In this document: piece after piece, positions 35,920 through 47,409 of the stretch | Layout of the letters: each line of letters starts with the position of its first letter | Position numbering within the stretch: the first letter of the stretch is position 1 | NCBI RefSeq assembly: GCF_050920415.1 | Contig: NZ_CP169309.1 | Length of the DNA stretch: 64,000 nucleotides | From: Escherichia coli | GTDB taxonomy: Bacteria > Pseudomonadota > Gammaproteobacteria > Enterobacterales > Enterobacteriaceae | Strand: one strand, 5' to 3' | The notes under the pieces: model-generated | The model's input: the letters and a program-made list of their open reading frames with translations, nothing else | The model's database searches: none | What the model was told of the DNA's origin: nothing | Program-made: the position numbers and the translations under genes

Positions 35920-36582
35920 TTAAATCGACGTTCTGCCAAAAGCTCCCTGCCAGTCCTGCTCAAACTTCGCCACGGCGGCATCAACTGCCGGATAGCTAAT
36001 CATCTGCTGCGCCACATCCAGTGGCAGCGTGATTGATTCACATCCTGCCAGTAAGCAATCCAGCGCCTGACGCGGGGTTTTGAAACTCGCGGCTAACACT
36101 TTCGCCTGCGGCGCATGCATTTTCAATAACTGGTGCAAATCGGTCACAGTTTGAATACCGCTACCGCCCTGAGCATCAATTCGGTTGACGTAAGGCGCAA
36201 CGTACTCCGCACCTGCCAGCGCCGACAGCAGCCCTTGTGCCGCGCCATATACCGCGGTTCCCAGCGTCGGAATACCTTCTGCTTTTAACATTTTAATAGC
36301 AGCCAGCCCCTCGGCAGTCACCGGAACTTTCACCACGATATCTGCAATAATAGAACGCAGTTGACGTGCATCATTCACCATCCCTTCGGCAGTGGTAGCC
36401 ATTACCTGGGCAAACAGACGCCCCTGACCGCCCATCGCTTCGTGAAGCTCCGGAAGTACAACGTCCAGCGGTTTTTTACCCGCGGCGATAATGCTTGGGT
36501 TAGTAGTCACACCCGCCAGCGGAAAAATACGTGACAGTGTCTTCACCGCAACAACGTCTGAAGTATCCAGATACAGTTCCAT
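35920..36582 (-). CDS. fsaA: Fructose-6-phosphate aldolase 1
   Basis: Internal start [13 protein letters not shown] gives 220 aa matching recalled FsaA. Confidence 0.93.
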   Translation of the reverse strand: MELYLDTSDVVAVKTLSRIFPLAGVTTNPSIIAAGKKPLDVVLPELHEAMGGQGRLFAQVMATTAEGMVNDARQLRSIIADIVVKVPVTAEGLAAIKMLKAEGIPTLGTAVYGAAQGLLSALAGAEYVAPYVNRIDAQGGSGIQTVTDLHQLLKMHAPQAKVLAASFKTPRQALDCLLAGCESITLPLDVAQQMISYPAVDAAVAKFEQDWQGAFGRTSI

Positions 36583-36712
36583 AACCATCCTCAAAATGTA
36601 CTTTTTGTCTGAATGTAGACTATCACGGGAAAACTCTCTGAACAGTTGACGCACATCAATCTAACTTTCATTCGAAAGTATTTTAATGTTTGAACGAAAC
36701 AGAGAGGCAACT

Positions 36713-37612
36713 ATGATTTTCAATATTCAGCGCTACTCGACCCATGACGGCCCCGGTATCCGCACGGTCGTTTTTCTTAAAGGCTGTTCACTGGGCTGCC
36801 GCTGGTGTCAGAATCCGGAAAGCCGCGCCCGCACGCAGGATCTGCTGTATGACGCACGTCTGTGCCTGGAAGGCTGCGAGCTGTGCGCTAAGGCCGCGCC
36901 GGAAGCGATTGAGCGCGCGCTGAATGGTTTGCTTATTCATCGGGAAAAGTTAACCCCGGAGCATCTGACGGCGTTAACCGACTGCTGCCCGACACAGGCG
37001 TTAACCGTGTGTGGTGAAGTGAAAAGCGTTGAGGAGATCATGGCGACCGTTCTGCGCGACAAACCGTTTTACGATCGCAGCGGCGGCGGCTTAACGCTTT
37101 CCGGTGGTGAGCCGTTTATGCAGCCGGAAATGGCGATGGGGCTACTGCAAACCAGCCACGAAGCCGGTATTCATACTGCGGTAGAAACCTGTCTGCATGT
37201 GCCGTGGAAATACATCGCCCCTTCTCTGCCGTATATCGATCTGTTTCTTGCCGATTTAAAACACGTTGCCGACGTGCCGTTTAAACAGTGGACCGACGGT
37301 AACGCCGCCAGAGTGCTGGATAACCTGAAAAAACTCGCAGCGGCGGGGAAAAAAATCATCATCCGCGTGCCGTTGATTCAGGGCTTTAATGCCGATGAAA
37401 CCTCTGTGAAAGCCATTACTGATTTTGCCGCCGACGAGCTGCACGTCGGCGAAATTCATTTCCTGCCCTACCACACGCTGGGCATCAACAAATATCACTT
37501 ACTTAATCTGCCCTATGACGCCCCGGAAAAACCGCTTGATGCGCCAGAACTGCTCGACTTTGCCCTGCAGTATGCCTGCCAGAAAGGGTTAACCGCGACC
37601 TTACGAGGATAA
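36713..37612 (+). CDS. ybiY: Glycyl-radical enzyme activating protein YbiY (PflA-like radical SAM)
   Basis: Start [32 protein letters not shown]; Cys-rich ferredoxin-like insert. Confidence 0.9.
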   Translation: MIFNIQRYSTHDGPGIRTVVFLKGCSLGCRWCQNPESRARTQDLLYDARLCLEGCELCAKAAPEAIERALNGLLIHREKLTPEHLTALTDCCPTQALTVCGEVKSVEEIMATVLRDKPFYDRSGGGLTLSGGEPFMQPEMAMGLLQTSHEAGIHTAVETCLHVPWKYIAPSLPYIDLFLADLKHVADVPFKQWTDGNAARVLDNLKKLAAAGKKIIIRVPLIQGFNADETSVKAITDFAADELHVGEIHFLPYHTLGINKYHLLNLPYDAPEKPLDAPELLDFALQYACQKGLTATLRG

Positions 37613-37617
37613 CAACC

Positions 37618-40050
37618 ATGACCACACTGAAACTGGACACGCTCAGCGACCGCATTAAAGCGCACAAAAATGCGCTGGTGAATATTGTGAAACCGCCGGT
37701 CTGTACCGAGCGCGCGCAGCACTATACCGAGATGTATCAACAACATCTCGATAAGCCGATCCCGGTACGTCGCGCTCTGGCGCTGGCCCATCACCTGGCG
37801 AATCGCACTATTTGGATCAAGCACGATGAGTTGATCATCGGCAACCAGGCAAGCGAAGTTCGCGCCGCGCCGATCTTCCCGGAATATACCGTCTCCTGGA
37901 TCGAAAAAGAGATTGATGATCTGGCGGATCGTCCGGGTGCAGGTTTTGCGGTGAGCGAAGAGAACAAACGCGTTCTGCATGAAGTGTGCCCGTGGTGGCG
38001 CGGTCAGACCGTACAGGATCGCTGCTATGGCATGTTTACCGATGAGCAAAAAGGCCTGCTGGCGACCGGTATCATTAAAGCGGAAGGTAATATGACCTCC
38101 GGCGATGCGCACCTGGCGGTGAATTTCCCGCTACTGCTGGAAAAAGGGCTTGATGGTCTGCGTGAGAAAGTGGCGGAACGTCGCTCGCGCATCAATCTGA
38201 CGGTACTGGCAGATCTGCACGGCGAGCAGTTCCTGAAAGCGATTGATATCGTGCTGGTGGCGGTCAGTGAACATATTGAACGTTTCGCTGCCCTGGCGCG
38301 TGAAATGGCCGCTACCGAACCCCGCGAAAGCCGTCGCGATGAACTGCTGGCGATGGCCGAAAACTGCGACCTTATCGCCCACCAGCCGCCGCAGACTTTC
38401 TGGCAGGCGCTGCAACTGTGCTACTTCATCCAGTTGATTTTGCAGATCGAATCCAACGGACACTCGGTATCGTTTGGTCGTATGGACCAGTATCTCTACC
38501 CGTACTATCGCCGCGACGTTGAACTGAACCAGACGCTGGATCGCGAACACGCCATCGAGATGCTACATAGCTGCTGGCTGAAACTGCTGGAAGTGAACAA
38601 GATCCGCTCCGGCTCGCACTCAAAAGCCTCTGCGGGAAGTCCGCTGTATCAGAACGTCACCATTGGCGGGCAAAATCTGGTTGATGGTCAGCCGATGGAC
38701 GCGGTGAATCCACTCTCTTACGCAATCCTCGAATCCTGCGGTCGCCTGCGTTCCACTCAGCCTAACCTCAGCGTGCGCTACCACGCGGGAATGAGTAACG
38801 ATTTCCTCGATGCCTGCGTACAGGTGATCCGCTGCGGCTTCGGGATGCCGGCGTTCAACAACGACGAAATCGTCATCCCGGAATTTATTAAACTCGGTAT
38901 TGAACCGCAGGACGCTTACGACTACGCAGCGATTGGTTGTATCGAAACCGCTGTCGGCGGTAAATGGGGCTATCGCTGCACCGGCATGAGCTTTATCAAC
39001 TTCGCCCGCGTGATGCTGGCGGCGCTGGAAGGCGGTCGTGATGCCACCAGCGGCAAAGTGTTCCTGCCACAAGAAAAAGCGTTGTCAGCGGGTAACTTCA
39101 ACAACTTCGATGAAGTAATGGACGCGTGGGATACGCAAATCCGTTACTACACTCGCAAATCAATCGAAATCGAATATGTCGTCGACACCATGCTGGAAGA
39201 GAACGTGCACGATATTCTCTGCTCGGCGCTGGTGGATGACTGTATTGAGCGAGCGAAAAGCATTAAACAAGGCGGCGCGAAGTATGACTGGGTTTCTGGC
39301 CTGCAGGTCGGCATTGCTAACCTCGGCAACAGCCTGGCGGCAGTGAAGAAACTGGTGTTTGAACAGGGCGCGATTGGTCAGCAACAACTGGCTGCCGCAC
39401 TGGCGGATGACTTCGATGGCCTGACTCATGAGCAACTGCGTCAGCGGCTGATTAACGGTGCGCCGAAGTACGGCAACGACGATGATACCGTCGATACGCT
39501 GCTGGCTCGCGCTTATCAGACCTATATCGACGAACTGAAACAGTACCATAACCCACGCTACGGTCGTGGTCCGGTTGGCGGCAACTATTACGCGGGTACG
39601 TCGTCTATCTCCGCTAACGTACCGTTTGGCGCGCAGACTATGGCAACACCGGACGGGCGTAAAGCCCACACCCCGCTGGCAGAAGGCGCAAGCCCGGCTT
39701 CCGGTACTGATCATCTTGGCCCTACTGCGGTCATTGGCTCGGTGGGTAAACTGCCTACGGCAGCGATTCTCGGCGGCGTGTTGCTCAACCAGAAACTGAA
39801 TCCAGCAACACTGGAGAACGAATCTGACAAGCAGAAACTGATGATCCTGCTGCGCACCTTCTTCGAGGTGCATAAAGGCTGGCATATTCAGTACAACATC
39901 GTTTCCCGCGAAACGCTGCTGGAAGCGAAAAAACATCCGGATCAGTACCGCGATCTGGTAGTGCGTGTCGCGGGCTATTCCGCCTTCTTCACCGCGCTCT
40001 CTCCAGACGCACAGGACGATATCATCGCCCGTACTGAACATATGCTGTAA
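37618..40050 (+). CDS. ybiW: Glycyl radical enzyme YbiW (pyruvate formate-lyase homolog)
   Basis: 810-aa ORF; C-terminal glycyl radical motif RVAGYSAFF. Confidence 0.93.
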   Translation: MTTLKLDTLSDRIKAHKNALVNIVKPPVCTERAQHYTEMYQQHLDKPIPVRRALALAHHLANRTIWIKHDELIIGNQASEVRAAPIFPEYTVSWIEKEIDDLADRPGAGFAVSEENKRVLHEVCPWWRGQTVQDRCYGMFTDEQKGLLATGIIKAEGNMTSGDAHLAVNFPLLLEKGLDGLREKVAERRSRINLTVLADLHGEQFLKAIDIVLVAVSEHIERFAALAREMAATEPRESRRDELLAMAENCDLIAHQPPQTFWQALQLCYFIQLILQIESNGHSVSFGRMDQYLYPYYRRDVELNQTLDREHAIEMLHSCWLKLLEVNKIRSGSHSKASAGSPLYQNVTIGGQNLVDGQPMDAVNPLSYAILESCGRLRSTQPNLSVRYHAGMSNDFLDACVQVIRCGFGMPAFNNDEIVIPEFIKLGIEPQDAYDYAAIGCIETAVGGKWGYRCTGMSFINFARVMLAALEGGRDATSGKVFLPQEKALSAGNFNNFDEVMDAWDTQIRYYTRKSIEIEYVVDTMLEENVHDILCSALVDDCIERAKSIKQGGAKYDWVSGLQVGIANLGNSLAAVKKLVFEQGAIGQQQLAAALADDFDGLTHEQLRQRLINGAPKYGNDDDTVDTLLARAYQTYIDELKQYHNPRYGRGPVGGNYYAGTSSISANVPFGAQTMATPDGRKAHTPLAEGASPASGTDHLGPTAVIGSVGKLPTAAILGGVLLNQKLNPATLENESDKQKLMILLRTFFEVHKGWHIQYNIVSRETLLEAKKHPDQYRDLVVRVAGYSAFFTALSPDAQDDIIARTEHML

Positions 40051-40195
40051 TCTCCTTCGCCCGGCGGCGTCGTCGCCGGGCCAAATCATTCACATCATCA
40101 ATTCCGCTCTCACTTTCATTCGAAATATAATTTGTGCTCTGCGTCACATTGTTATTACACTGTTACGGTTTCATTTTCGAGCCAGGAGCACACCT

Positions 40196-41011
40196 ATGAG
40201 CGTAAAAGTTATCGTCACAGACATGGACGGTACTTTTCTTAACGACGCCAAAACGTACAACCAACCACGTTTTATGGCGCAGTATCAGGAACTTAAAAAG
40301 CGCGGCATTGAGTTCGTTGTCGCCAGCGGTAATCAGTATTACCAGCTTATTTCGTTCTTTCCTGAGCTAAAGGATGAGATCTCTTTTGTCGCAGAAAACG
40401 GCGCATTGGTTTACGAACATGGCAAGCAGTTGTTCCACGGCGAATTAACCCGACATGAATCGCGGATTGTTATTGGCGAATTGCTAAAAGATAAGCAACT
40501 CAATTTTGTCGCCTGCGGTCTGCAAAGTGCATATGTCAGCGAAAATGCCCCCGAAGCATTTGTCGCACTGATGGCAAAACACTACCATCGCCTGAAACCT
40601 GTAAAAGATTATCAGGAGATTGACGATGTGCTGTTTAAATTTTCGCTCAACCTGCCAGATGAGCAGATCCCCTTGGTCGTCGACAAACTGCACGTTGCGC
40701 TCGACGGCATTATGAAGCCGGTTACCAGTGGTTTTGGCTTTATCGACCTGATTATTCCTGGCCTGCATAAAGCGAATGGTATTTCGCGGTTACTGAAACG
40801 CTGGGATCTGTCACCGCAAAATGTGGTAGCGATTGGCGACAGCGGTAACGATGCGGAGATGCTGAAAATGGCGCGTTATTCCTTTGCGATGGGCAATGCT
40901 GCGGAAAACATTAAACAAATCTCCCGTTACGCTACCGATGATAATAATCATCAAGGCGCGCTGAATGTGATTCAGGCGGTGCTGGATAACACCGCTCCTT
41001 TCAATAAGTAA
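40196..41011 (+). CDS. ybiV: HAD-family sugar phosphatase YbiV
   Basis: Internal start [15 protein letters not shown] gives 271 aa; the 348-aa track ORF begins in the upstream intergenic region. Confidence 0.9.
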   Translation: MSVKVIVTDMDGTFLNDAKTYNQPRFMAQYQELKKRGIEFVVASGNQYYQLISFFPELKDEISFVAENGALVYEHGKQLFHGELTRHESRIVIGELLKDKQLNFVACGLQSAYVSENAPEAFVALMAKHYHRLKPVKDYQEIDDVLFKFSLNLPDEQIPLVVDKLHVALDGIMKPVTSGFGFIDLIIPGLHKANGISRLLKRWDLSPQNVVAIGDSGNDAEMLKMARYSFAMGNAAENIKQISRYATDDNNHQGALNVIQAVLDNTAPFNK

Positions 41012-41162
41012 CCTTTTCCCGGCCGGAGCAATCGTTCCGGCATCTCTCTTTTTTGCTCACTTTGTGCACTTACTCAAGATTTTCATCTTGCGTTAACTTA
41101 TTTTTAACTTAAAGTATCAATCATAACTATTTTTACTTTCGAACGAAAGCTGTGAGGTTGAT

Positions 41163-42422
41163 ATGACTTTTACCTATGAGACACTGCCAACAGATGCGAA
41201 AACGGCTATCCGTAAGATGAAAGCGGAGCTGCGACAACAGATCGGCGATGTACAACAGGTCTTCGATAAACTCTCTGCAAAAATCGAAGCACGTGTAGCA
41301 GAAATAGACGCCCTCAAAGGGCAAGGATTACCGGTTTGGCCGGAAGTCCCATATAGCGACGTTGCAGCAGGTACAGTGAGTGAAGCCACGCGCAATGAAA
41401 TTAAACGTCGCGGCTGTGCAGTAATTAAAGGCCATTTCCCCCGCGAACAGGCACTGGCATGGGATCGCGCAATGCTTGACTATCTTGATGCCAATCATTT
41501 TGATGATGTTTATAAAGGTCCCGGCGACAGCTTCTTTGGATCGCTGGAGGCATCTCGTCCTGAAATCTACCCTATTTACTGGTCGCAGGCACAAATGCAG
41601 GCGCGACAAAGTGACAATATGGCGGCGGTGCAATCTTTCCTTAACCGCCTGTGGAAGTCTGAAAGCAACGGCAGGCAGTGGTTTGATCCCGATATTAGCG
41701 TGATCTATCCGGACAGGATCCGCCGCCGCCCACCAGGCACGACGTCTAAAGGTCTGGGTGCACACACTGATTCTGGGGCGCTGGAACGTTGGTTATTACC
41801 CGCTTATCAGCGTGTTTTTGCCCATGTTTTCAACGGTAATGTCGACGATTACGATCCGTGGGATGCTGCATACCGTACTGATGTTGAAGAGTACACGGTG
41901 GATAACACCACAAAATGTTCGGTGTTCCGCACTTTTCAAGGCTGGACGGCGCTTTCCGATATGTTACCAGGACAGGGATTATTGCATGTGGTGCCAATCC
42001 CGGAAGCGATGGCGTATGTTTTATTGCGCCCACTGCTGGATGACGTACCGGACGATGAGTTGTGTGGGGTCGCTCCTGGCAAAGTTCTGCCCATTTCAGA
42101 GAAATGGCATCCACTACTGATTAAAGCACTCACTTCCATTCCAGCTATTACAGCGGGGGATTCCGTCTGGTGGCACTGCGACGTGATCCACTCCGTCGCA
42201 CCGGTAAATAATCAACAAGGCTGGGGGAACGTGATGTATATCCCTGCCGCGCCGATGTGTGAGAAAAACCGGGCTTATGCGCATAACGTCAGGAAAGCAC
42301 TGGAAAAAGGGGCATCACCGGGCGATTTCCCTCGAGAAGATTATGAAACAAACTGGGATGGCCGATTTACGCTGGATGATCTGAACATTCACGGTAAGCG
42401 CGCGCTGGGCATGGATGTTTGA
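41163..42422 (+). CDS. ybiU: DUF1479-family protein YbiU
   Basis: 419-aa ORF; synteny and recalled similarity. Confidence 0.88.
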   Translation: MTFTYETLPTDAKTAIRKMKAELRQQIGDVQQVFDKLSAKIEARVAEIDALKGQGLPVWPEVPYSDVAAGTVSEATRNEIKRRGCAVIKGHFPREQALAWDRAMLDYLDANHFDDVYKGPGDSFFGSLEASRPEIYPIYWSQAQMQARQSDNMAAVQSFLNRLWKSESNGRQWFDPDISVIYPDRIRRRPPGTTSKGLGAHTDSGALERWLLPAYQRVFAHVFNGNVDDYDPWDAAYRTDVEEYTVDNTTKCSVFRTFQGWTALSDMLPGQGLLHVVPIPEAMAYVLLRPLLDDVPDDELCGVAPGKVLPISEKWHPLLIKALTSIPAITAGDSVWWHCDVIHSVAPVNNQQGWGNVMYIPAAPMCEKNRAYAHNVRKALEKGASPGDFPREDYETNWDGRFTLDDLNIHGKRALGMDV

Positions 42423-42509
42423 GAGGTGATGGATTAGTAGAAGTGAATTGATGTGAGGTTAAGAAAGCAGGTTCGGTGTTGCTCAGATTGCTGACAAAGT
42501 GCGCTTTGT

Positions 42510-42615
42510 TCATGCCGGATGCGGCGTGACCGTCTTATCCGACCTACAAAATCATGCAAATTCAATATATTGCGATACACTGTCAGGCCTGATAAGCGTA
42601 GCGCATCAGGCAATT
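42510..42615. repeat. REP/BIME-type extragenic palindromes
   Basis: GCCGGATGCGGCGTGACCGTCTTATCCGACCTAC and AGGCCTGATAAGCGTAGCGCATCAGGCA between ybiU and ybiT. Confidence 0.6.
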
Positions 42616-42671
42616 TTGCATTTGTCATCAGTTTCAGTAGCCCTGGCCATATCAGGGCTACTGATAATAAC

Positions 42672-44264
42672 TTACTCGATCCCTTTACTACGCAGGTAAT
42701 CTTCGTAATTACCGCTAAAGTCGATCACGCGTTCCGGGGTGATTTCCAGAATTCGGGTCGCCAGGGAGCTTACAAACTCACGGTCGTGAGAAACAAAGAT
42801 CAGCGTGCCCTGATACAGTTCCAGCGCCATGTTCAGCGACTCAATGGATTCCATATCCAGGTGGTTGGTCGGTTCGTCCATGATCAGAATATTCGGCTTC
42901 TGCATCATTAACTTACCAAACAGCATCCGCCCTTTTTCTCCACCGGAAAGCACTTTCGCTGGCTTTTTGATGTCGTCCTGGCTGAACAGCAAACGACCGA
43001 GAATGCTGCGTACCGCCTGCTCGTCATCGCCTTCCTGCTTCCACTGACTCATCCATTCGAATACGGTCAGATCATTTTCGAACTCATATTCGTGGTCCTG
43101 GGCGTAGTAACCAATGCGCGCGTTTTCAGACCATTTTACGGTGCCGCTGTCCGGTTGCAGATCGCCCACCAGCGTTTTCAGCAGCGTTGATTTACCGACG
43201 CCGTTGGTACCCAGTACCGCCAGTTTTTCACCCACTTCCAGCAGCAGGTTGAGATTTTTAAACAGGGGACCGTTATCAAACCCTTTGGTCAGATCTTCCA
43301 CTTCCAGCGCGTTACGGAACAGTTTCTTATCCTGTTCAAAACGGATGAACGGGTTCTGACGGCTGGAGGCTTTCACCTCTTCAAGTTTGATTTTATCAAT
43401 CTGGCGTGCGCGCGAAGTTGCCTGGCGAGATTTCGAGGCGTTGGCACTAAAGCGGCTAACGAAAGATTGCAACTCAGCAATCTGCGCTTTCTTCTTGGCG
43501 TTATCAGCCAGCAGACGTTCACGCGCCTGAGTCGCCGCCGTCATGTACTCATCGTAGTTGCCCGGATAAACGCGCAGTTCACCGTAATCCAGATCCGCCA
43601 TGTGGGTACAAACCATGTTAAGGAAGTGACGGTCGTGCGAGATGATGATCATGGTGCTGTCACGCTCGTTCAGCACCTGTTCCAGCCAACGAATGGTGTC
43701 GATGTCGAGGTTGTTGGTCGGTTCGTCGAGCAGGAGAATGTCCGGATCAGCAAACAGCGCCTGCGCCAGCAGCACACGCAGCTTCCAGCCAGGAGCAACT
43801 TCACTCATCGGGCCGTAGTGCTGTTCCACTGGAATTCCCACGCCAAGCAACAGTTCACCAGCGCGAGCTTCCGCAGAGTAACCGTCCATTTCGCCGTATT
43901 TCACTTCCAGATCGGCCACTTTATAGCCGTCTTCTTCACTCATTTCCGGCAAAGCATAGATGCGGTCGCGCTCCTGCTTCACTTCCCACAACTCTTTATG
44001 CCCCATGATCACCGTATCCAGCACGGTGAACTCTTCAAAGGCAAACTGATCCTGACGCAATTTACCAATGCGCTCGTTGGGATCGAGGGAAACGTTACCC
44101 AGCGTCGGCTCTAAGTCGCCGCCAAGGATCTTCATAAAGGTGGATTTACCACTACCGTTCGCGCCAATCAGGCCGTAACGGTTGCCGCCGCCAAACTTGA
44201 CGGAAATGTTTTCAAACAACGGCTTACTGCCGAACTGCATGGTGACGTTACTGGAAACTAACAC
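42672..44264 (-). CDS. ybiT: ABC-F family ATPase YbiT
   Basis: 530-aa ORF with two ABC cassettes (GANGSGKST and GTNGVGKST) and no TM domain. Confidence 0.93.
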   Translation of the reverse strand: MLVSSNVTMQFGSKPLFENISVKFGGGNRYGLIGANGSGKSTFMKILGGDLEPTLGNVSLDPNERIGKLRQDQFAFEEFTVLDTVIMGHKELWEVKQERDRIYALPEMSEEDGYKVADLEVKYGEMDGYSAEARAGELLLGVGIPVEQHYGPMSEVAPGWKLRVLLAQALFADPDILLLDEPTNNLDIDTIRWLEQVLNERDSTMIIISHDRHFLNMVCTHMADLDYGELRVYPGNYDEYMTAATQARERLLADNAKKKAQIAELQSFVSRFSANASKSRQATSRARQIDKIKLEEVKASSRQNPFIRFEQDKKLFRNALEVEDLTKGFDNGPLFKNLNLLLEVGEKLAVLGTNGVGKSTLLKTLVGDLQPDSGTVKWSENARIGYYAQDHEYEFENDLTVFEWMSQWKQEGDDEQAVRSILGRLLFSQDDIKKPAKVLSGGEKGRMLFGKLMMQKPNILIMDEPTNHLDMESIESLNMALELYQGTLIFVSHDREFVSSLATRILEITPERVIDFSGNYEDYLRSKGIE

Positions 44265-44482
44265 AGGCGTATCCTGAAAAGAGATATGACAAACCGCGTA
44301 TTATGCCATAAGTCTGAAAGAAGATCCCGTCCCCCGCTTAAGGTCTACACTCTTCCCAAAGGCAAAAAATGTGATTTCGTACACATCTGATTTCACTGTG
44401 AGCTGGAATGAACTTATAATGCGCTTCCAATACTCTAATATTCTCAACCCAATGGCCTGCCAGGCACAAAATCTCGCTTAAC

Positions 44483-45403
44483 ATGAATATGAAATTGAAA
44501 ACATTATTCGCAGCGGCCTTCGCTGTTGTCGGCTTTTGCAGTACCGCCTCTGCGGTAACTTATCCTCTGCCAACCGACGGGAGTCGCCTGGTTGGTCAGA
44601 ATCAGGTGATCACCATTCCTGAAGGTAACACTCAGCCGCTGGAGTATTTTGCCGCCGAGTACCAGATGGGTCTTTCCAACATGATGGAAGCTAACCCGGG
44701 TGTGGATACCTTCCTGCCGAAAGGCGGTACTGTACTGAACATTCCGCAGCAGCTGATCCTGCCGGATACCGTTCATGAAGGCATTGTCATTAACAGCGCA
44801 GAGATGCGTCTCTATTACTATCCGAAAGGCAGCAACACCGTTATCGTGCTGCCCATCGGCATTGGTCAGTTAGGCAAAGACACGCCTATCAACTGGACCA
44901 CCAAAGTTGAGCGTAAAAAAGCAGGCCCTACCTGGACGCCGACCGCCAAAATGCACGCAGAGTACCGCGCTGCGGGCGAACCGCTTCCGGCTGTCGTTCC
45001 GGCAGGTCCGGATAACCCGATGGGGCTGTATGCACTCTACATCGGTCGCCTGTACGCTATCCATGGCACCAACGCCAACTTCGGTATCGGCCTGCGTGTA
45101 AGTCATGGTTGTGTGCGTCTGCGTAACGAAGACATCAAATTCCTGTTCGAGAAAGTGCCGGTCGGTACTCGCGTACAGTTTATTGATGAGCCGGTAAAAG
45201 CGACCACCGAGCCTGACGGCAGCCGTTATATTGAAGTCCATAACCCGCTGTCTACCACCGAAGCCCAGTTTGAAGGTCAGGAAATTGTGCCAATTACCCT
45301 GACCAAGAGCGTGCAGACAGTAACTGGTCAGCCTGATGTGGATCAGGTCGTGCTGGATGAAGCGATCAAAAATCGTTCCGGGATGCCGGTTCGTCTGAAT
45401 TAA
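44483..45403 (+). CDS. ldtB: L,D-transpeptidase LdtB (YbiS)
   Basis: 306-aa ORF with signal peptide and catalytic SHGCVRL motif. Confidence 0.93.
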   Translation: MNMKLKTLFAAAFAVVGFCSTASAVTYPLPTDGSRLVGQNQVITIPEGNTQPLEYFAAEYQMGLSNMMEANPGVDTFLPKGGTVLNIPQQLILPDTVHEGIVINSAEMRLYYYPKGSNTVIVLPIGIGQLGKDTPINWTTKVERKKAGPTWTPTAKMHAEYRAAGEPLPAVVPAGPDNPMGLYALYIGRLYAIHGTNANFGIGLRVSHGCVRLRNEDIKFLFEKVPVGTRVQFIDEPVKATTEPDGSRYIEVHNPLSTTEAQFEGQEIVPITLTKSVQTVTGQPDVDQVVLDEAIKNRSGMPVRLN

Positions 45404-45421
45404 TCTTCAAAACTTAAATTA

Positions 45422-45451
45422 AAAGGCGGACTCATAATCCGCCTTTTTTAT
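45422..45451 (+). terminator. Rho-independent terminator after ldtB
   Basis: Hairpin AAAGGCGGACTCATAATCCGCCTTT followed by TTTATTT. Confidence 0.55.
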
Positions 45452-45461
45452 TTGCCAGCAC

Positions 45462-46580
45462 CTAGCTGGCCGGGAACATAACTAACAAAACGTATCCCAC
45501 CAGCGCCGCCCACAACAGCATCGGTATTGAATAGAGATGGAAACGCCACCAGATACGGCGATCGTTTGCCATCCGTAACGCAATCAAATTTGCCAGCGAT
45601 CCGGGTAATAAACCAAAGCCACCCACGTTTACCGCCCATGCCAGTAATAAAGACGGTGGCACATAATTGAGCAGCAAAATCGTGCTCGGCACGTTACTGA
45701 TCACCTGCGATAAACCAATTGCCGTTAACCATAATCCGGGTTCGGATAAATGGCTCACATTGCTCAACACGCCCTGCAAAGCTGGCAGTTGGGTCAGCAA
45801 ATGGACGTCGATAAACATCGCCATAAATACCAGCAGCAGAGTCCAGTCCACGCTGATCACCACGCGACGAGCCAGCAGCGCAAAGCCCGCCGCTACAATC
45901 ACCAGTCCCCACAGCTCTTGTTTTAACTCCAGCGCCGTCAGAAAGACGATATACAGCCCCAGACAACTCCACACCAGCCGCGGTTTCCACTCAGGTGTTT
46001 GCGCCCCCGTATGATATTGCAGCGCCTTTCCAGGGAAACAACACCAGCACAGTAGCAGGAGTGTCAGCATCATTGCGCCAGCCAGCGGTGCCATTTGGGC
46101 AATAAACCCGGCAAACGAAAGACCAGAACGACCCCAGATAAGAATATTTTGCGGGTTGCCAATCGGCGTCAGTAGCGAACCCGCATTGACTGCCAGCGCC
46201 TCAAAAATAATCAGTCGATTAACCGGGATCTCACACAGTCTTTTTAGTGTGATTGTCAGCGGAACAACAATAAACAGCGCGACATCGTTGGTCAGAAATG
46301 TTGAAAGCAACGCCGCCGCCAGCACCATAAACATTGCCAGCCGACGCTCAGTAGCAAAGCGGCGCACCATTTTGCGCCCCAGCACATCAAAATAACCGCT
46401 TAACTCCACACCTTTGGTCAGCAGCATCAGGCCACTGAGGGTGATGATAGTGTGCCAGTCGATAGCAGCAAGCCAGGATTTCGGTGCAAAGGGAACGAAA
46501 AAACTTAATCCGATGCCAACAAGAATTAATAACTGAAAAAAGCGATCGCCTTGTAGCGTGCGTAAAAAAGGCAGGCTCAT
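45462..46580 (-). CDS. ybiR: Putative anion permease YbiR (ArsB/NhaD superfamily)
   Basis: 372-aa multi-TM ORF; ATGA overlap with the mntR stop. Confidence 0.9.
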
Positions 46581-47044
46581 TTGGCACCGTGTTTCTGGGT
46601 AAACAAACGAAAGGCATCCAGCGTCTCTTCACTGACATGGTGCTCCATGCCTTCCGCGTCGCGACGAGCGATTTCCGGGCTGACGCCCAACACCAACAAG
46701 AAATTTTCGACTATCTGATGTCGCTCGCGGCTTTCCTGCGCCAGTTTCTCTCCTTCTGCCGTTAAAAACACGCCACGCCAGGGGATCATTTCAATCAGCC
46801 CCATGGTTGCCAGTCGTTTGAGCATTTTAGCCACCGTCGGTTGCGAAACGCCCAGACGAGCAGCCATGTCCACCTGACGAGCTTCCCCCACTTCCCTGAT
46901 CAAGTCAGAAATCAGCTCAACGTAATCATCAATAAGCTCGCGCCGGTGTGCCTCTCTGACCTGGCGGAACCCTTCAACGTGCTCTTCCACATTCACTAAC
47001 TGCGTCACTTTTTTTGCTGTTGGCGTACCTGCGCGACGACTCAT
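46577..47044 (-). CDS. mntR: Manganese-responsive transcriptional regulator MntR (DtxR family)
   Basis: 155-aa [25 protein letters not shown] matching recalled MntR. Confidence 0.95.
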
Positions 47045-47409
47045 TGTGCTTCCTCATTATGGTGACGCATACATAGCGTTCTCATTTCGTGCGCACATTG
47101 TAAACCAGAGTTGCGAAGGTACAAAAAATTAACGTTTTAGCAATAGCTATATAATATAGCTTTGGACCCCAATAAAAACCAAATGAAAACAATTAATTAT
47201 GAAAGAAATATCATTGTAATGTCGCAAGAATGTCGCAGAATTTTGAATTTTACATCAAACAGAAATCTTACATAAGTCGTCGAAAAGGAAAACTACCAAT
47301 ATCTTTTCGGTGTTTCCTTTCCCCAAATGGAATTTTTCCTGTTATGCTAATATTCGTTTTAAGGTGTTGATAACTAACATTACACAAAGCAATTAGAACG
47401 GATACTAAC

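Noticed and set aside
497-46395. Numerous antisense or alternative-frame ORFs of 60-160 aa nested inside well-supported core genes (for example 497-727, 2215-2580, 7323-7685, 23043-23378, 37513-38112, 39160-40089)
   Set aside because: Each lies wholly within a longer, conserved gene on the opposite strand or in another frame, with low-complexity Arg/Ser/Pro-rich translations typical of GC-rich antisense frames.
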